A stretch of 18,596 nucleotides of DNA from an archaeon (lineage in GTDB: Archaea > Iainarchaeota > Iainarchaeia > Iainarchaeales > JAAZKV01). Below, piece after piece: positions 16,365 through 18,596 of this stretch. Position 1 is the first letter of the stretch; each line of letters starts with the position of its first letter. Below the pieces are notes generated by a model. The model was given only the letters and a program-made list of their open reading frames with translations. It was not told the DNA's origin and did not search any database. The stretch is from assembly GCA_036170245.1 (NCBI GenBank), contig JAVHOV010000014.1, positions 1-18,596 on the forward strand, read 5' to 3'. Made by a program: the position numbers and the translations under genes.

Positions 16365-17138
16365 TTAGGCGAACTCTATTACATCCCCATTTCTTATGTT
16401 TCCAGCTCCACCTCGAGTGAATATAGTTCCGTTTTCGCCTTCCCTAATTTCACTTACACTAGCAAAGCTTTGCTTCAAATCAGATACTCTAATATTATTT
16501 TTCCCTATTTGGGCAGTCATTCTTTTAGTAAGTTTTCCGCATCTTACAATTCCTGAAATCATTGTTTCTGCACCACCAGCATAAACCCCCGTTACTTCAA
16601 ACTGAGCATAACCGCTACTAACAGCAGGAGCTTCTTTTTCTTCCAAACCCATTTTTTGTCTTGCAGTTCTTGAGAAACGAGGAACATACCCTTCATCCAA
16701 TTTCTTTGAAGCTACATCCAGTTCATCGTCACTTTCATTTGGCTCTTCAGATTCATTTTGTTTATTGAACAATATTTTTCCAAAAGGAGATTTGGATTTA
16801 ACAATAGACTTGTTCTCAATTGATTCTACCCCGAGTTCAGGTTCGTAATCATACGGCTCAGAGGGAGTACTCTCAGTTATTTCCTTTACTTCCCTATTAA
16901 AACTAGCCTTATCTTTTTCGTAAGCATTTCTCAATTTATCAAAAGGACTTTCATCTTCCTTATCATCTTTAATTACAAATTTTATTTTTTTCAAATCCTT
17001 CTTCTCTTGTTTTTTTGCGTGCAATGGAACACAAACACCTAAATCAACTTTCGGTTTTATTATTGCCTCAGTTTGAGTTTCAGTAGTTTTATCTTTAACA
17101 TAACCAAATTTTTTCATCAATGATTCAAAGAAATCCAT
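16365..17138 (-). CDS. Hypothetical protein: charged low-complexity N-terminal region plus C-terminal EF-Tu domain II-like beta-barrel
   Basis: C-terminus FEVTGVY...MISGIVRCGKL...IRVSDLKQ...VSEIREGENGTI...IRNGDVIEF matches the translation-factor domain II pattern; no P-loop; AGGGGG SD before ATG 17138. Confidence 0.7.
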   Translation of the reverse strand: MDFFESLMKKFGYVKDKTTETQTEAIIKPKVDLGVCVPLHAKKQEKKDLKKIKFVIKDDKEDESPFDKLRNAYEKDKASFNREVKEITESTPSEPYDYEPELGVESIENKSIVKSKSPFGKILFNKQNESEEPNESDDELDVASKKLDEGYVPRFSRTARQKMGLEEKEAPAVSSGYAQFEVTGVYAGGAETMISGIVRCGKLTKRMTAQIGKNNIRVSDLKQSFASVSEIREGENGTIFTRGGAGNIRNGDVIEFA

Positions 17139-17197
17139 CGTTTTTTCCCCTTTTAGAATAGTAATAATAAGAGAAGAAAAGAATAAAAACAAGATTC

Positions 17198-17227
17198 AAA
17201 AGGTTTTTTCTTTTAGAAAAACCTTTT
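17198..17227. terminator. 11-bp inverted repeat downstream of hisIE
   Basis: AAAAGGTTTTT (17198-17208) / AAAAACCTTTT (17217-17227), with adjacent T/A tracts. Confidence 0.45.
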
Positions 17228-17249
17228 TTTAAATCCTGTTTAAATAAAA

Positions 17250-17825
17250 TCACTTATTTCTTCTTTCATTTTCTTTTTCAATATCACTAATTGCTACCCC
17301 TTCTTTTGCCATTATTACAAAAAGGAAGTAAATCAAATCCGAGCATTCCCAAATTAAGTTTTCCTTATCTTTTGCAGTTATTACTTCTGCAGCTTCTTCA
17401 ATTAGTTTGCGTTTTAGGAGCAACTCATTGTTGAAGAGTTTTTTTGTGTATGAACCTTCAGGAGCACTTTTTAATCTTAAAACAATTTTATCATAAAGTG
17501 CATTAAGGCCAAATTTTTCTTTAATCCCAAAGCAACTGTACTCCCCAGTATGACATGCACAAGTCCCTTTTTGCTTCACAACGAAAAGCAAAGTATCATT
17601 GTCGCAATCTTTTTTAATTTCAACAATTTCCTGAATATTTCCTGAAGTTGCTCCTTTTTGAAACACCCCTTTCCTGCTTCTGCTATAGCTCCAAACAAAT
17701 CCAGTTTTAATAGTCTTTTCTAAACTTTCTCTGCTTGAGTAAACCAAAGAAAGCACTGTTTTGTTCTGCTCCTGAATTATAGTAGGAACTAAATTATTCA
17801 TTTTTTCAAAATCAACTTCAATCAT
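17250..17825 (-). CDS. hisIE: Bifunctional phosphoribosyl-AMP cyclohydrolase / phosphoribosyl-ATP pyrophosphatase
   Basis: YSRSR...KGATSGNIQ, DCDNDTLL, ACHTGEYSCF (HisI); GSYTKKLF...KLIEEAAEVI...WECSDLIYFLFV (HisE). ATGA overlap with the hisG stop and GGGGTGA SD. Confidence 0.95.
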   Translation of the reverse strand: MIEVDFEKMNNLVPTIIQEQNKTVLSLVYSSRESLEKTIKTGFVWSYSRSRKGVFQKGATSGNIQEIVEIKKDCDNDTLLFVVKQKGTCACHTGEYSCFGIKEKFGLNALYDKIVLRLKSAPEGSYTKKLFNNELLLKRKLIEEAAEVITAKDKENLIWECSDLIYFLFVIMAKEGVAISDIEKENERRNK

Positions 17826-18481
17826 TTTCTCACCCCCAAGAGAACTATGTCAGATTCCATTATTCTCTCAATTACCCCTAAGCCCGCTTCTCTTGCAGAT
17901 TTACCTGAATATACAATATCAATCACCAAATCACACAACCCCATTTGGTAAGCTTCTTCAGTACACCCATTCAAATACATTTTGTCAAAGGAAAATCCTT
18001 TTTGCTCAATTTCTTTTAGGAACTTTTCTGACAAGTACTTGTACTTTGAATTTATTGCAACTTTTGGCTTAGAAGATATGTCCAAGAAAAGCTGCTGCTC
18101 GCAATAAAAGCTTCGGCTTTTATTGACGCCCTGCAAACCTTTGGTTTGTATGGTTTCGGGCTTAGCAAAACCTTGTTTTGCACAAGCCAGGTTTTTAAGT
18201 TTTTTTCCAATTGGCCCTAAGAGACACAGAGTAGGTTTATTAAAAATTGCAGTTTGATCAACCCAAGGAATTTTTTCAATTACCCCAATTTGAGAAATTA
18301 CATTTTTTAGTTTGTACTCTTTGTACAAATCTTCCCCAGTGAGCCCAATTACTTTTTTTCCTTTTTGAATCATTTCTTCTACAAAAACAGGCACATCTTC
18401 AGCTCGAACTATTACTCTCTCATTAGGTAACCCTTCAAGTTCTTGGCGGTAAAGCTCAAGCCCAGAGTTTTTAGGAAGCAC
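17822..18481 (-). CDS. hisG: ATP phosphoribosyltransferase, short form without C-terminal regulatory domain; has an in-frame insertion and an uncertain 5' end
   Basis: LPKNSG, VRAEDVP, GLTGEDL, VAINSKY, LNGCTE, CDLVIDIVYSGKSAREAGL (PRPP-binding motif); overlaps the hisIE start. Confidence 0.88.
   Translation of the reverse strand: MLPKNSGLELYRQELEGLPNERVIVRAEDVPVFVEEMIQKGKKVIGLTGEDLYKEYKLKNVISQIGVIEKIPWVDQTAIFNKPTLCLLGPIGKKLKNLACAKQGFAKPETIQTKGLQGVNKSRSFYCEQQLFLDISSKPKVAINSKYKYLSEKFLKEIEQKGFSFDKMYLNGCTEEAYQMGLCDLVIDIVYSGKSAREAGLGVIERIMESDIVLLGVRK
18086..18196. repeat. In-frame multi-hairpin palindromic insertion within hisG
   Basis: Three hairpins within imperfect terminal inverted repeats; 49/111 G+C by hand count, above the flanking sequence; encodes a ~37-aa segment that does not look like HisG. 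Confidence 0.75.
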
Positions 18482-18503
18482 AAGTAAAGTACTTGGAAGT
18501 ATT

Positions 18504-18581
18504 TTAGAAATAGTATCGCTGTTGATGAACTAATGGTTCACTTGCAAGAATTGCTGTTGTATTCATTTGTTTCATTTCCAT
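18504..18581 (-). other. SD-led 25-codon ORF (MEMKQMNTTAILASEPLVHQQRYYF), out of frame with hisG: candidate true 5' part of hisG or leader
   Basis: GGTGGTGA at 18594-18587, ATG 18581, TAA 18506-18504; offset by one base from the hisG frame. Confidence 0.55.
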
Positions 18582-18596
18582 TTCATTCACCACCAA

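Noticed and set aside
18083..18186. CTTG direct repeats as boundaries of the in-frame hisG insert
   Set aside because: They are 100 nt apart, so removal would shift the frame; the 111-nt inverted-repeat boundaries fit better.
18086..18196. Hammerhead ribozyme or canonical BHB intron interpretation of the hisG insert
   Set aside because: No CUGANGA core on either strand, and I could not build a 3-4-3 bulge-helix-bulge at the boundaries.
18504..18581. Classical his attenuator leader peptide
   Set aside because: Only one His codon rather than a run, and no terminator hairpin with a U tract before hisG.

Overview
AT-rich archaeal window, most consistent with a DPANN archaeon (Iainarchaeota/Diapherotrites-like; inference). 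Evidence for archaeal origin: class III signal-peptide surface proteins, GGTGA Shine-Dalgarno sites, TATA-like boxes about 25 nt before leaderless ATGs, and an intron-containing tRNA without encoded CCA. The window holds two paralogous class III signal-peptide proteins (the left one apparently cut by an IS200/IS605-like end at the window edge), two short Dus-family paralogs, two lipoproteins, a flavodoxin-like protein, a GIY-YIG nuclease, several Lys/Arg-rich ORFans, an SF2 helicase with a long C-terminal extension, an SDR, an HxlR regulator, an APC permease, tRNA-Thr(GGU) with a 19-nt intron, a protein with an EF-Tu domain II-like barrel, and hisG-hisIE. The most unusual locus is hisG. (1) It carries an in-frame ~111-nt multi-hairpin insertion at 18086-18196. 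(2) Its only SD-led start opens a 25-codon ORF one base out of frame. The frame can be restored by removing a 64-nt stem-closed segment bounded by CTTG direct repeats, or by a +1 frameshift; the hisG frame opens exactly at that ORF's single His codon. All structure calls were made by eye; no searches or folding programs were run.
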